From the NCBI RefSeq assembly GCF_009914755.1, contig NC_060932.1: a stretch of 64,000 nucleotides of DNA; one strand, 5' to 3'. The notes beneath the pieces are model-generated. The model was not told the origin of the DNA, ran no database searches, and worked only from the letters and a program-made list of their open reading frames with translations. Every line of letters begins with the position of its first letter. The first letter of the stretch is position 1. Below are positions 14,451-28,319 of this stretch, piece by piece. The stretch is from the human T2T-CHM13v2.0 reference genome, Homo sapiens. Both the position numbers and the translations under genes were made by a program.

Positions 14451-16661
14451 TTTTTGGCCTGAGTACTGTTTTTACAAGAGGAAGAGCTCTGCCATCAGTG
14501 TACTGGCGGAGCAAGGTGAAGGGTAGAACAGTAACATCACTCTTTCCCCTTTGTTTTAGCTCTGCTTCCACCATTTACTAAAAGGATGAAGCCCTTAAGC
14601 CTGACTCCTTGGGAATGACAGAGCAGGGCTTTCCAGGTAAGCAAAATGGCATCAGTGTTCAAACAAGCCCACAACAGATTATTGTCCTGGAGGCCACCTT
14701 TGGTCGTTGTGATATCATGATGCAAGAGGGTCACAAAAGAGGAGCGTGCCCCTCTCCCACCTGGTCGAGGCCATCAGGCTGGGTCGGTCTGGCATTCCAC
14801 ACCTGCAGATGCAGCCTTCCCCTTCCTCCTGTCCACAGGCAGGAGCCTAGCTCCAAGTCCTGACCAGCCCCAAGCCCCATGCCCCCGCCCACCTGGGCAG
14901 ATCAGGTGGGACAGGTGACTGTTGTTTTCCGTTCCTGCTCTTGCAGGTGTCTGCATTCCTGAGAGCGTGGTCACTGGCGGCAGCGCGTGCTGCAGGCAGC
15001 ACCTCGCCTGTGCTCCGGGATGGGGAGGATGGGCCCGCCCTGCTGGCAAGATGTCTTCTAGGTCTGAATTAGAGCTTGAAAGTAGGAAACCAGCTCTGCT
15101 GCCCTGCCTGAGGGAAGGGGTACGGGTGTCACCTCAGCCTCACATTCCAGTTACCTGGGAGGCAGTTAGGGCACGAAAGGCAGAGATTCAGGCGGTTCCT
15201 ATTGAAAAGCACTGAGGTTTGTTCCACCATCTATTCAAGAAAACTATTTTAAAGAATTCAGATGACACTAGAATAAAAAGCCAATTACCTTCATGGAATT
15301 CACTGGAGGCCCCACAACTGCCTGTGTTGTTTTCTGCCACTCTGACTGTCTCCCTGGAAGGCAGAGGCCTGAGGGGCCCCGGGAGCAGGGCTTCCATGGT
15401 CCTGGCAGCACCCTGGTGGTGTGTGATTGGGAAGTGTACTCATCCCCACCCTGTAGGTTCACATTACAGCTATCCTAGAAGTGAGCACCAGAGAAGCCCC
15501 GGCTTTGCTGAAGCTCCTGGAGCTGCAGGAGCTCCCCAATTAATTTGAGTTCCAGCCCCAGCTTTGCTCCTAGTGAGCGCTGTGTCCTTGGACAAGCTGC
15601 TTATTTTTTGTTTTTGTTTTTGCTTTAATGTGGAAGGTTAGGTGTTTTCCTTATGGTCCTGGAATACATGATGCTGTGTTCACACATACCATGCCAGGCC
15701 CAGCATGTACCCCAGGGTAGGTGTTTGGTACATGTTAACTCTCTCCTCCTTCTTTCGCCTGAAGGACTTCTATCTGTAAGATTTTTATACACATTGTCCA
15801 ATTCTAACAAGAGAACTTTAGTTATCATAGCATCCAGGACAGTTTTGAAACAGGACCTCAATTATATAGGCGGATAAAGTAGTAACAAAAGAATATGTAA
15901 GAGAAGGAAGGCTATGGGAAAAATGAGAGTGGCCTTAGGAGGACTCCACACACACTGAAACATAGAGAATGTTTCCTTTTATCAATGGGTATTGTGCCAT
16001 TTTTAATCTGCTAAATGAGGCAGAATAGGAAACTAGCTCCTCAGAGCCTGTCATGAAAAACACCCTGGCACTTTCTGTAAATCCACCAGCAGCTATTATA
16101 GTAGATACACGTTTCTCAAAAGATACACCTCATGCTTTTCAAATGGTGGCAGGAGAAATGTCCCAATGTCCAGATTAGCATCCCAGACCCTGCACCCCCA
16201 GCCACCTCTCACCTCCGCCAAGGCCCCCTCGGCTCTCCTCTCTGTGCTGGGCTCACACTGCTTTGTTCTACTCCCCTGGAGGCCCCTCCCACACATCTTC
16301 ACTGGTCATCACCTCCTCAACTCTTCTGGGATTTTTGAACCCAAAGTGATCCTGATCTTCTTCCCACCTACTTATTTTGTTTGGCAAATTATAAGGTATT
16401 GTCTTGTGATCTCCTTTCCATCCTTGAGGCTTCGTAATTAAGCTCTGCGCTGGTGAAACACCATCTCTTGGTTGTGCTTTGGGCAAGGTCTGCCCCTGAG
16501 GGCACCTTCAGTCCCCCTGCATGGTGAGTATTCAAGAAGGGCTTGCTAACCTTATTTGCTCTGTCCCCACCCCCACCTCCACCTCACACCTCTTCTATAT
16601 AGGGTTTTTTGACACTCAGACCAATCACATTTTAATCCCTTTTGTTGCCCTATTGTACTAT

Positions 16662-16875
16662 AAAGATGAATTCTCCAACACGGTAGCCACTAGCCACATG
16701 TGGCTGTTTAATTTTAAATACATTAAAATGGAATTAAATTAAAAATTTAATTCTTTGTTTGGACTAGCCACTTTTCACATGCTCAATCATCACTTGTGGC
16801 TAATGGGTACAACAGTGGACAGTATGCATTATGGAGTGCTTTCATTACTGCAAAGGTCCTATTAGACGGCACTGC
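16662..16875 (-). mobile_element. MER3-like hAT-Charlie MITE
   Basis: GGTAGCCACTAGCCACATGTGGCT...CTAGCCAC..TCACATGCTCAAT...GTCCTATTAGACGGCACTG. Confidence 0.8.
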
Positions 16876-18346
16876 CATATATTTAAAGGCATATATAGAT
16901 ATATATATACACATACACACATATCTTTTATATATATTATATGTAATTATATACATTTCATATATATATATATAAAATGATGTTTTAAAGGTGGAAAACA
17001 GATCAAATTTTCCACATTCATTGCCCTAGACAACTAATTTTAATAGAGTTACTGTCCTTTTTATTGTTACACAGTCAATAGACTGCCTTATAGCAATTTT
17101 TGTTTCCTACATATAGAGTGAGCAATTCAAATTGGGACTATTTTCATTTATTTCCTTCTTGTTTTTCAAACTAAATGAAGAGTACTGAAACCTAGAAGGT
17201 GTTTATGCATTAAATTCATACTTTGGAACATATGAAAGTTCTCTCCTAAGAAAATGAAAGACCAAATAAGAGCGGAGGTCATGGACAGTATCTCTTGTAT
17301 TTTAGGTTGGAGAAGACAGTTCTAGACATGTTTATTATCAATTTGTAATTATTTGACTTCTGCTTTAACAGAAGACTAGAAAGTTGCCCCCTTTTGAAGG
17401 AAAATGTAATTTACTTCATTTTCAAAACTATACCAAAGGCAAACAGCTGTGTCCATATGTTGCTAAAAAATTTTTCTAAATAGTAACACTAAGAACAAAC
17501 TTTATTTATTTATTTTTTTAAAGAAAAACCCAGAGAAGATTAAAGACACCCAGTGCTTCCTCCTTGCAGAGCTGCCTTCCCTTTTAGTTTGCAAGAGACC
17601 ATGGAGCTGGGGAATTAGAGTGTACTGGTCACCATGCCGTTGAATTTTCTAATGAGTGGCAGATTACAGTAGTTGGTACAAAGCAATGCATCAGTGCTGA
17701 TGACATTAGTGTCAGCCTGACATAATTTCCCTTATTACAGTGGGGAAAAAATACTCTCAGTACATTTCTAAAACTTATGTTGCATTTGACATCTTTAGAG
17801 TTTGCAGAACGGGTTCTTATTTTTGTATTTTTTTTTCTTGAGTAAAACCAAAGTTAATTTCCTCAGGCTTTGTACTGGATTTACTGCTTGTAAGAATTGG
17901 CTGCCTTCAGGAAACTGATCAAATTTGTTCAAATACAATGGATCTTCCATCTTCCTCAGTTCTGTTCAAGTCTCCAAGATGCTTTCTTGCTATCCCACGT
18001 GACTGAGCAGTTCTTAGTTTGGCAAGAGCAGGTGTATGCCTCTCTGGCACCTGGCCCATGATTTCTCATGCCCATGGCTCCTGCAGCCAGTTGTATTTGC
18101 AGTAGCCAGGTAGAAACTCCCTGAGGTTCAACAGACCTCTGGATATGTCACACGTGTAGTTACTTAATGGATGAAACTTTGTAGGATTTGCAGGGCAAAA
18201 TCTTCCCATGAATATTCAACTCCAGCTCTTTTGTCATAACTTGCCACTAAGGGGACTTTGTATTTCCAGTTTTTCTCTGTTCCTGCCCAAGAAGCATATA
18301 AAAAATGCTCGGCTTATGTAATAAGCAAGTTGGTGCCTGATAAGTA

Positions 18347-18639
<293 letters not shown>

Positions 18640-19779
18640 TAAGTTTTAAAATCAACAACAAGCTATTGATTTTTCAGTTCAAGATGCGAGAGGGAAACAG
18701 AGTGACAGAGATCTGGTTTCGCATGAAAACAGCCCAAAGAAGAATTTGCAAAGGAAATACACTATTTGCCTTTTTAATGGCAGGGCTTTCTTTTCAACAA
18801 GTAATATTTAATAAGCAGTCAACTTTGCTGAACAAAATAGTTATTCATTCAGGTTCTATCACAGGGATTCTGCAACTTATGAACACGTCAGCATCCCAAA
18901 GTGAATTTGTAAATTGGTTGTTTGGAAGCAGAATTCATTTTCTCATAGAAATGATGTTATTGGTTGTGGCTGTCCTCCTAGGTTAGCCCATGCATTCCCG
19001 TTTAATCCATAGCATAGCGAGACCTTATTTGCAGTTGTCCAGAGCACCAGATTCCAGTGGCACCAGCAGTGGACGGGGAAGTGGGAAGGGAGGCAGGGCA
19101 CAGGTGGACCTTCTGGAAGCTGGGCAGCGCCCTAAGCATTCCCAGGACCAGACGCCTGCAGGAGCCAAGTGGGAAGGCGGGAAGGGGTGGGGGTCCCCGG
19201 ATGGCCCTGGCCAGAAAATAATGTTAGGGCTGTGGAGACAGCTGGTGGGGGCCCGGGAGGTGGGAGCAGGGATTCCAGGTGAGCTGCAGGGGTGTTTGGA
19301 TGCTGTGCATCCGTTTCTAAGTCAAACGTCCTGCAGCAGAGCCCTGTAACACTGACAGAGACGTTCTCCACTGAACTGTGGTGGGCTGGAGTCAACAGTT
19401 TCCATGGAATTCAGCTCTGGGGCACCCCAGTGAGGGGGATGTTTCATGCCTGCCTTTACTAGGCACGTGTGAAATATTGCCAGACAAACAAGTGTTACCT
19501 CTTTGAGCCTCAACTTTTCTATTCACAAACTGGAGATAATACCTGTTCTTTCCTTGCCAACCTCACAGGAATCCTATGAAGAGCTTTTAAAAGGTGGATT
19601 TTTAAAGAAATACATGTAGCTCATGCTAAAGCCAAGTTATTTAGAAGCTAGTTAATAAACGCGGTAAGAGGCCCAGTTGACTAACTGCTCTGATCTTTAT
19701 ATCTGCTACCCAGTTCTCATGATGTTCCAAATTATCTTCAGGGGTGGGGAAAAGGAAAAATGCGATTTGGCTGGTCCAT

Positions 19780-20600
19780 GAGTTTTAAGCGAGACTTTGC
19801 CCTTCAGTTTCGAGGGGCGCGTGTGCTGCGTGTGAAGATGAAGGTGTGCACAGAGACGCATGCAGAGTGCACAGGGAGCAAGAGTGGCCGTGGGGGGCCG
19901 CTCAGCACCAAGAATGCCTAGGAAGGCTCTCAAGGGCACCTGCCTTCCTCGGGAAGAATGTAAATGCATGGAATGCCCAAGCTTCGCCCCCGGCTAAACA
20001 CCCCCTTGGCGTCCGCCTGGGGGTCCCCATGAAAGTCCCCGCACGCCCTCCCCGGCCCCGCCCTCCTCAGAGCGTGGGCCCCGCGCGCCGCCACCGCCCG
20101 GCCGGGAGGCGCGGGGCTCCCTAGAAGGCTCGGGCATGTCGGAGGGAGCCGCGGTGCAGAGACTTGCCACGCGGCTGCCCGGGCGGCGCGCGCTGGAGCA
20201 GCTTTGTTTCCTCTGCTCCCGACGGGCATCCTGCCCTGCGGAACACCCACCCGAGCCCTGCGCGGGAGGGGCGGCCGGGAGGCGCGCGGGCATGCGGAGG
20301 GGAAACAGGGCTGCAGCTTCAAGCCCAGGCAGGACGCCCTTAGTCACCTTATCGGAAAGTGGGCAGCGCCGCGTCTCCGGTTAGTCAGAGCCCCAGGTAA
20401 ATAAAGAGCTCGGTGTCTGCGGGGCTCTGGCCTCAGTGGCTCGCTCTGTCACTCCGCTTTCCAATACACGCACCCGCAGGACTTTCTTTGAGGGTTTCCT
20501 TTTTTGGAGTGAGCACTGAACGCAGAGCGCTTGGACGGTGGCGCGGCGTTCACGACCCGGCCCCGCGCAGACTCCAGAGACTCCTGCAGGATAGGGAGCA
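19780..20600. promoter_or_regulatory. CpG island, probable promoter
   Basis: Dense CpG/GC outside any recognisable repeat (CCGCGCGCCGCC, GGGCGGCGCGCG); GC box GCCCCGCCC at ~20054; + strand donor-like sites at 20380 and 20397. Confidence 0.85.
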
Positions 20601-21949
20601 GCTCCTAAAGGCCCTTTCCTCCTTCCTCCTATTTGCCTCACAGTCCCCCACAAGAAGCACCCCCTCTTAAGCAGGGCCAGGACAGGTGACGCCTGTACAT
20701 CCCACCCCCCCACCCACATTTGGAAAGGGTTAGAGAGGAAAAGAAAAGCCTAGCGTGTTAGAAAATTAAAGCAAAATCCTTGACAAATGAAAACAATCCA
20801 GCGCATTTTAGCACTGCTTTTAGAGGAGTGCTGTGATAGTGGTCCGGCCCTGCCACACTCTAATCTATTAGATGCCGATCTGATATCCAGAGGACAGACT
20901 GGCCTTGGCAGAAGTACCCTCTATGGCTGCCTCTGCAGTGGGTGCTTTCGGCTGTCCCGTGTGAGAGTGGAAAGGACTCCGTGTCTGAGGACGTCCGTCC
21001 GGCTCTGAAAGCCTGGGGTCCTGAGACCTGTGTGCCTGAGCTGCGGTGCGCCTAACGCTTTTGTCAGACTTCCCACCCTGACAGGGTCGGGGGTCACAGA
21101 GAAAAGCAGGCTTGGCAGAGAAGGGGATCTGAAGGCTTGGACTGTTCCGATGAACCAGGATCCATGCTGGGCACCAGACCGAGGTCTTAGCTCATGATCA
21201 TCTCGCTTCTCATGGAGGCAAATGGAAGGCAGTGTTTTCAGATGTCAGCTGACATCATGGCCACATCTCTTAGTCAGTTTTAGGCTATGCAGGGAGGGTG
21301 AGCCCATGGACAGGAGGTGAAGGCTTCATGTGTTTAGAAATGTGCTTACTTTTTATTGCTTGCTTTATAACTCATTCTCTGGATAAAATCCTCCCACACT
21401 GGAGACCAGAGAAGGGATTAAATTCCTAGGAAGAGAGAGACGCAGGATTGACTTCAGTTTGAATTTGCTTCAGTTTGCTTTCTTTCTGTTTTCCTGCAGC
21501 TCACGTCCAGGTTTATTCAGAGATCTTAGCAGAGGCGGGGAAGCGGCCTCTCCTGCTTGTACGTGCCTGATAAGGGTGATGTACATCGGAAAATATGTCC
21601 GTTTTTCTTAGGCTCCACATGCTGTTTGTAAAATTGTTTTCTTTATATTTTCTGATTATATGAACTGTTATGTACTCATTGTTTATAACAAATGTGCTTC
21701 AAAACAATAGCTAGTGGAGGAATAATTCTGCCACCTGCTTTCACTCTTTTGGACACTTCTTTCCGGGCCTCTCTATGCTCCATCTTTTCATTGGTGCCTA
21801 AGAGATCTTTGATGTTTGCCTGGCTTCAGTACCACCTCTATGTAAATAATTCCAAAACTTCTATTTTCAGTGTCACCGAGCCTCCATGCACTAGCCCCTT
21901 ATTTTCTTAGCAGCGATTTTGACATTTTACTGGTGTGGCCATGTTCACC

Positions 21950-24900
21950 TTTAATTTCTGAATACTTACAACTGAGCGTCTGGGTTTCCGGTCCAGACAA
22001 GACAGCATTGACTCATCTCTGCTCATCTCTACAAGCACAACTGTAAACTCTGGAAATGACACAGACGCAACCATAGGAGAACCCCAAAGGGGAAAGAGGA
22101 GAGCAGCCTGGGCCCAGACCCAGGACCGTGGCTGAAGGAGCAGCACAGAGGAGGGTCTTATGGCCCCACCCGACAGGAGGAGACAGCTCAGGACTGGTGT
22201 CCCCACCCCTGACCAATAAGAGAAAGAGGCCTGGCAGGCTCATTCCTCCCGGGATGACACCAGGTCAGCCAGCAGTGCCTGCAGGGGCACCCACGAGGAG
22301 CCTGCGTGTGACGAGAGGTGGAGGAAGGGTTGGCTTTGCACTGGGCCTGCAGCCCCCTCTGTCCCCTAGTACAGGCATCGGCTGACACGATTCCAACACA
22401 CATTCTTTGTTCCCATAGGAAATAGACTCCCTTTTCCCTCCTATAGGCACCATGGGTCAGGAGAACATCACAGGGAGGAGGTACTACAACAAGTTCCTGG
22501 CTTGGGAAGTGCTCCTCAAGCCCAAGGGCTGCAGTTCCTTTCACAGTCTACACACACCAGGTGGCAGGGCAGCCGGTGAGCAATGATGCAGCCACAACAA
22601 GCAACTACCCAGGGAAATGTGGTCTGCCACTCAGAAACTGAGCTCCTTTCTCTTCTAAGGAAAAGCCAGGGCACAGCAGCTGAGGTTACAGAAAGGGGCC
22701 TGAGAAATGTCCTTTGTCCCAGAAGTCCTCACACTCCCTTCCTTCATCCAGAGACCTGTGATTTCCAGCCTAGGGACACACCTTCTGCACCCTCGGCCAG
22801 CACCAGCAGGGCTCGGGGACCACCACTGGCACCAGGTGACCAAGTAGATCAAAATAATACCACCAAGACTGAATGTAAACTGCCATGGCAGCCACGGCCC
22901 ACAGAGCTGCCCAGAACCTGCACGCTAAGCCTAAACACGGTGACTGCTGGATAAAATGGAGGACTTGGGTAGGAACCAGACACTCCTAACAAAACAGACA
23001 AGATGTCCAGGATCCAACTGAACTCACCTGTCAAAGAACCAAAAAACATCACCAGCTGAATGAGAAAACATGATCAACAGATGCCAACACTGAGCTGACT
23101 CAGATGTTGAAATCATCTAACAGGAATTTTAAGGTACCCATCATAATAATACTTCAGCGTGAATTTCCAAATCCTTTTGACACAAATGAAAAATAAGAAT
23201 AGAAATTATAGAAATGAAGAAAGAGGAGTTATAAGTGGATATTGTAAAAATGAAAAATACAATAACCAACATTAAAAAAACACACTGGAGGGGCTCAATA
23301 GCAGGGTGGAGATGACAGAGGACAGAATCTGTGAACCGAATGGCAGAGCAGTAGAATTTGCTTAATCAGAATAAAGGAGAGAAAACACATTTAAAAAAGA
23401 TATGAGGAAAGCCTCAGGAACCCGAGGGAAATGAGGAAAGTCCAACTTTCATATTATAGGAGTTTCTGAAGGAGAGGAGAAAGAGAGTGGAGCTGAAAAA
23501 GTATTCAAAGAAATAATAGGTGCCAGCTTCCCAAATGTCAAAGGTGAGAAACAGAAACCTACATTTTCAAAGAGCTGAGCAAAACTGAAATAGGAAAAAC
23601 CCATGGAATCCATGCCAATACACATCATAGTTAACTGTCTGAAAACTAAAGATAAAAAAACAAAATCTCGAAAGCGCCAGAGAAACATGACTCATCACCT
23701 ACAGGGGAACACCAGTGTGAGTGATAGCAGATTTCTTATCTGAAAACATGGAGGCCAGAAAGGAGTGGCATAACCTTCTATAAGTGCTGAAAGAACTATG
23801 AACTACACGTTCTATATCTGGCAAAACATCCTTTAGGAATTAGGAGAGTTAGAAAATTAAGAACACTTGTTGCTAGCAAACCAGCCTTTAGAGATGTAAT
23901 AGATGAGAAAATGATATTCAGGAATGTTCAGAATGTCAGAAAGAAAAGAATCTTTGATGCTTCTTCTTCTTCTTCTTCTTATTTTTGAGACGGAGTTTCA
24001 CTCTTGTCACCCAGGCTGGAGTGCAATGGCGTGATCTCAGCTCACTGCAACCTCCTCCTCTCAAGTTCAAGCAGTTCTCTTGCCTCAGCTAGGATTACAG
24101 GCACCTGCCACCATGCCAGGCTAATTTTTGTATTTTAGTAGAGACTGGGTTTTACCATGTTGGCCAGGCTGGTCTCAAACTCCTGACCTCTGGTGATCTG
24201 CCTGCCTCGACCTCCCACTGGGATTATAAGAATGAGCCACCGCACCCGGCTGATGCTTCCTATTATGACTTCCCAAATCACACTTGATCAATGAGGCAAG
24301 ATTTATAAAACCATCTGACGTGGTGCTCTTAGGAAAAGTGGGAGAGTAAAGGGACATAAATGGAAGTATGGTTTCTACACTGCACTGGAGTTGGTAAAAT
24401 GTTGATGCCAACAGACTGTGATAATTTATGTATACATATTATAATTACCTACAGCAACCACTAAGGAAAATATGCAAAACAATATTCTAGAAATCACTAT
24501 GAAGAAATCAAGATGAAATTGATAAATTGGACTTTATCAAAATTAAAACATTTTCTCCATGAAAGATTCTGTGAAAAGCATGAAAAGACAGGCTGACAAC
24601 CTGGAGAAAATATTTGAAAACTACGTATCCAACAAAGGATTAGTATCTAGACTACATAAAGAACTGTCAAAGCTCAACAGTAAAAAAAAAAAAATCAATT
24701 CAACAATTAGTAAAAGACACAAACAGACCGTCTTGATGGAAAGAGTATGTAGATGGAAAATGAGCACATGACGAGATGTTCAGCATCACTAGCTATTGTG
24801 GAAATTAAAACTGCAATCAGGTATCATTATAAATTTATTAGAATGGCTAGAATAAAAAATTGTGACAATACCAAATGCTGACAATGATGTGGATAAACAG

Positions 24901-25610
24901 GATCACTCACACATTGCTGATGGAATGTAAAATGATATAGCCACTTTGAAAAACAGCTTTGTAGTTTCCTGTAAAACTGAACATGCATGTAACTATCAAA
25001 AAATTCGACAACTGTCGTCTTGGGCATTTATCCCAAACAAATGAAAACATATGTGTATGCAAAATATGTAACTGACTATTATAGCAACTTTAATTGTATA
25101 ATCCCAAATAGAAAATGACCTAGATATCCTTCAATGGATGATGATTAAACAAACTGTGGTGCATCCATACCATGAACTGCTACCCAGCAATAAAAGGGAA
25201 TGAAGTATTGATACACCAAACAACTTGGGTGAATCTCCAAGGAATTAGTCTGAGTGAAAAAAGCCAATCCCAACAGGTTACAGAATGTATGCTTTTATTT
25301 CTGTACAATCTCAAAATGACAAACTCACAGGATGGAAAACAGAATAGTGATTGCTATAGGCCAGGCGTGAGGGCAGATGGTGAGGGAAGTGGGGTGTGCA
25401 GACAAAACAGCAACAGGCGGGCTCCTTGGGCAATGGCACGATTCCATAGCTTGGCTGTGTCAGTGTCAGTACATGGTTGTGATATTGTACTAGAATTTTT
25501 CAAGATGTTACTATTGGAAGAAACCAGGTAAAATGTACACTGGATCTTTCTGTATTATTTTTATACCTGCGTGTCAATTTAAAATTATGTCTTTTTTTAA
25601 AAAAAAAGCT
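21950..25610 (+). mobile_element. L1MC-type LINE: 5' UTR, decayed ORF1, most of ORF2 deleted, L1MC1/2-like 3' UTR
   Basis: ORF1-like GATCAACAGATGCCAACACTGAG...GGGCTCAATAGCAG...; jumps at ~24520 to ORF2 end GATAAATTGGACTTTATCAAAATTAAAA; 3' UTR GGTTGTGATATTGTACTA...CAAGATGTTACTATTGG. Confidence 0.85.
23960..24250 (-). mobile_element. AluS (Sq/Sp-like) inside the L1
   Basis: GAGACGGAGTTTCACTCTTGT...; (CTT)n-derived tail; TSD TGATGCTTC. Confidence 0.93.
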
Positions 25611-27289
25611 AAATCCAAATTTAACCTCAATTTAATGAAATTAAGGACTCAAAAATGTTCTGATACTAGGGAACATCTGGCTAATATTGACATCTTCTCT
25701 TTAATTGGAATGCTTGTTAGTTTTTAAGATGGTAGTATGTAACAACAAATTAAGACACAATTGCAATTTAGAAAACTACATTTTAAAAATAATTTTTATC
25801 TACAGTGAGGGTGGCTGGTATAATAAAAATGGAAATTATTCTGTTTTATGATTTGAATTTCATTTCCACTTGAGAAATATTTAAAGTAAAATAGAAAAAA
25901 ATAATTAATTTGATTTGGAAAGTATGTATCTTTTCAGTAAGAGCTGTGCCAATTAAAACATGAATAAAGTTTCATTTGAAAGAGTTTTTTTTCCATTTTT
26001 GCCCCATGACATTTAATTGAAAGCAAAATAAACAATGTGTGGCAACCACATGCTATTAAATGTGCGATTTCATTAAGCAATATGTGAGGGAAGAATTTGG
26101 CTAGTTGACAATAAACTGAGGTAACATTCAGGAGGCTTTTGTTTTTAAACAGATACAGAATGCTTAACATGATCACTGAAATGGTAGAGTTTGATTGGCA
26201 TTTGAGGTCAAAGCTTAGCTGTTTGTTCTTTCCACTTCATTGCCATTGCTTGGTTAATGGAGATAGAATAGAGGGTGGACTTCTTCCTCAAACCAGTGGC
26301 TTTGTTGGGTAGCACAAGGAGTTGGTCAAGAATATCAGCTGCCACACAGTCTTCAGTCCTGCTCATGAGCAGACAGGCGTACCACTTTTACTCAGATACC
26401 TAGCATTTCAATGCTCATTTAAATAATTCAGACTATACACATGTCTTAGCAGATTTTCCTCTTCCAGCCAACAATTATTTTGAAGGCCATTGCAGCACTG
26501 ATTTAGAAGAACAGGCTGGATGCATCAGCTAAATGGATTTTTATTCTAAACTGAGCAGTTAGCATATTAATCACACTTCAAACAGCAGAGTTGTGATGCT
26601 GCTACCCCTGTGACTGTCATGCTCAATGTGGGGAACTCAACTGCACAAGGAGAACAATTCATAAGGAACCGTGTGTAAATTCAACTTGGCAAGTCTTGCT
26701 GCATTAACTAGGGCAGCACCAAAGAAAGTTTCATAACTTACCAGGCAAGAATTAAGAATTTTAAAAAAAAGAACAGTTAAGACACATTGCACAAATCTTG
26801 ACAGCGTAATGTAAATATTATCTTTTAATAATTTAGGATTTATTCTCTTTAGCTCCGCTCCCAAATGTACAACCCTTGGACCAAAATCAATTAAACCTTC
26901 AAAAATGACAAATAAGCTAAAAATAATATGTAGTGAGGTGATCTATAATTATATGCATCAAAGGAATTTTTCTTGAGTTTTTAGTATGCGTTGACATTGA
27001 AAGAAAGGAGAAGGATCACCTTAAAAAGTAACTTTCAAGTTTAGACTCAGCTTGCCTATCACCTTTTCTATTAAGGATTGGTTCTTAATTTTTTTTAGAA
27101 GAAAAGCATTTAACTTTTAACGATAAAGAATATTTTCAAATACTTAAGGCCTCTATGAGTTTTCATCATGGTGCCTCTCAGATCCACTATTTCTGTCACT
27201 TGACTTACTTCCCTTGGTATAATAATGTGAAATCGTGGGTTTGGAAGGCATTATGATGGAAACTCATAGAGAGGCTTTAAGTAGCTGTA

Positions 27290-27643
27290 CATTCTCTCAC
27301 CCCTCACTCAATTCACTCACTGACTCTCTCAGAACAACCTCCTTTCCTGCAAGTTCCATTCTCGGTAAGTGCCCTATACAGGTGTACCATTCTTTTTCTT
27401 TTATCCTGTATTTTTACTGCACTTTTTCTAGGTTTAGATATGTTCAGATACACAAATACTTACTTTGTGTTACAGTTGCCTGCAATGTAGCCTAGGAGCA
27501 AGAAGCTATACCATAGCCTAGAAATGTGGTAGGCTGTGCCATCTGGGTTTGTGTGTACGCTCTGTGATGTTCACACAATGATGAAATCACCTAATGACAT
27601 GGTTCTCAGAACACATCCCTGCCATTAAGTCACGTGTGACTGT
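27290..27643 (+). mobile_element. Tigger3-family 3' fragment with terminal repeat
   Basis: GGTAAGTGCCCTATACAGGTGTACCATT...GCCTAGGAGCAA...GAAATCACCTAATGAC...GTGTGACTG; homologous to ~3980-4280. Confidence 0.85.
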
Positions 27644-28319
27644 GTTTTAATGACTGCTATAGAGAGACCTAAGGACAAAGACCAAGGTGCTTTGTCCATA
27701 ATCACTTGCTGTATTTGGGAAGCAGTCGTGCGTTTGAAACTATAAATCAATAATTAGGAGCAAACAGAAGTCCCAAGACCAACTTTGATATTTGCCATTG
27801 GGCACACGCTGATTTTACACATAAAGCACTCAGCATGTGGCCTTGGCCTGGCGTTGGGGGTCTGTGAGTGCTCCTGCCAGAGCCAGCCTGCAGGAGGCAC
27901 ATCCCACATACAGAGGACAAGGCGGCCCATGGCAGAGGCCCTTCACACAACTGGATCTGAAGAGGGTGGAAACGTTGTCGGCAGAACTGAGGTATATTGC
28001 AATGAATGCTACTTTTCCTTTGTACCTACCTATCCTTCCAAAGGGAGATTGCTAGGGAGATTGGAGAATGGATCCTGAAACCTCACAGGGCATCCAGGGC
28101 CCATCCAGCAGCAGATGCCTGTGAACGGGCTGGGTAGGACCCTGGGGAGGGTCAGAGCCTAGGGGCCTGGGGAGGGCGTGCCTCTCTGAAACACTGTAGA
28201 AGCCAAATGATACAGCTACCAGCAGTATTTGGTTCTCATGCTACCACACTTTGATCCCTGTCTCAAGAAATAATGAAACAGAGAATAGCCCCCATTTTCT
28301 TACCTTTAGGAGGCAGCCC

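Noticed and set aside
13995-14581. His/Thr- and Cys/Val-rich ORFs
   Set aside because: Translation of a (TG/CA)n repeat; the same applies to 48351-48979.
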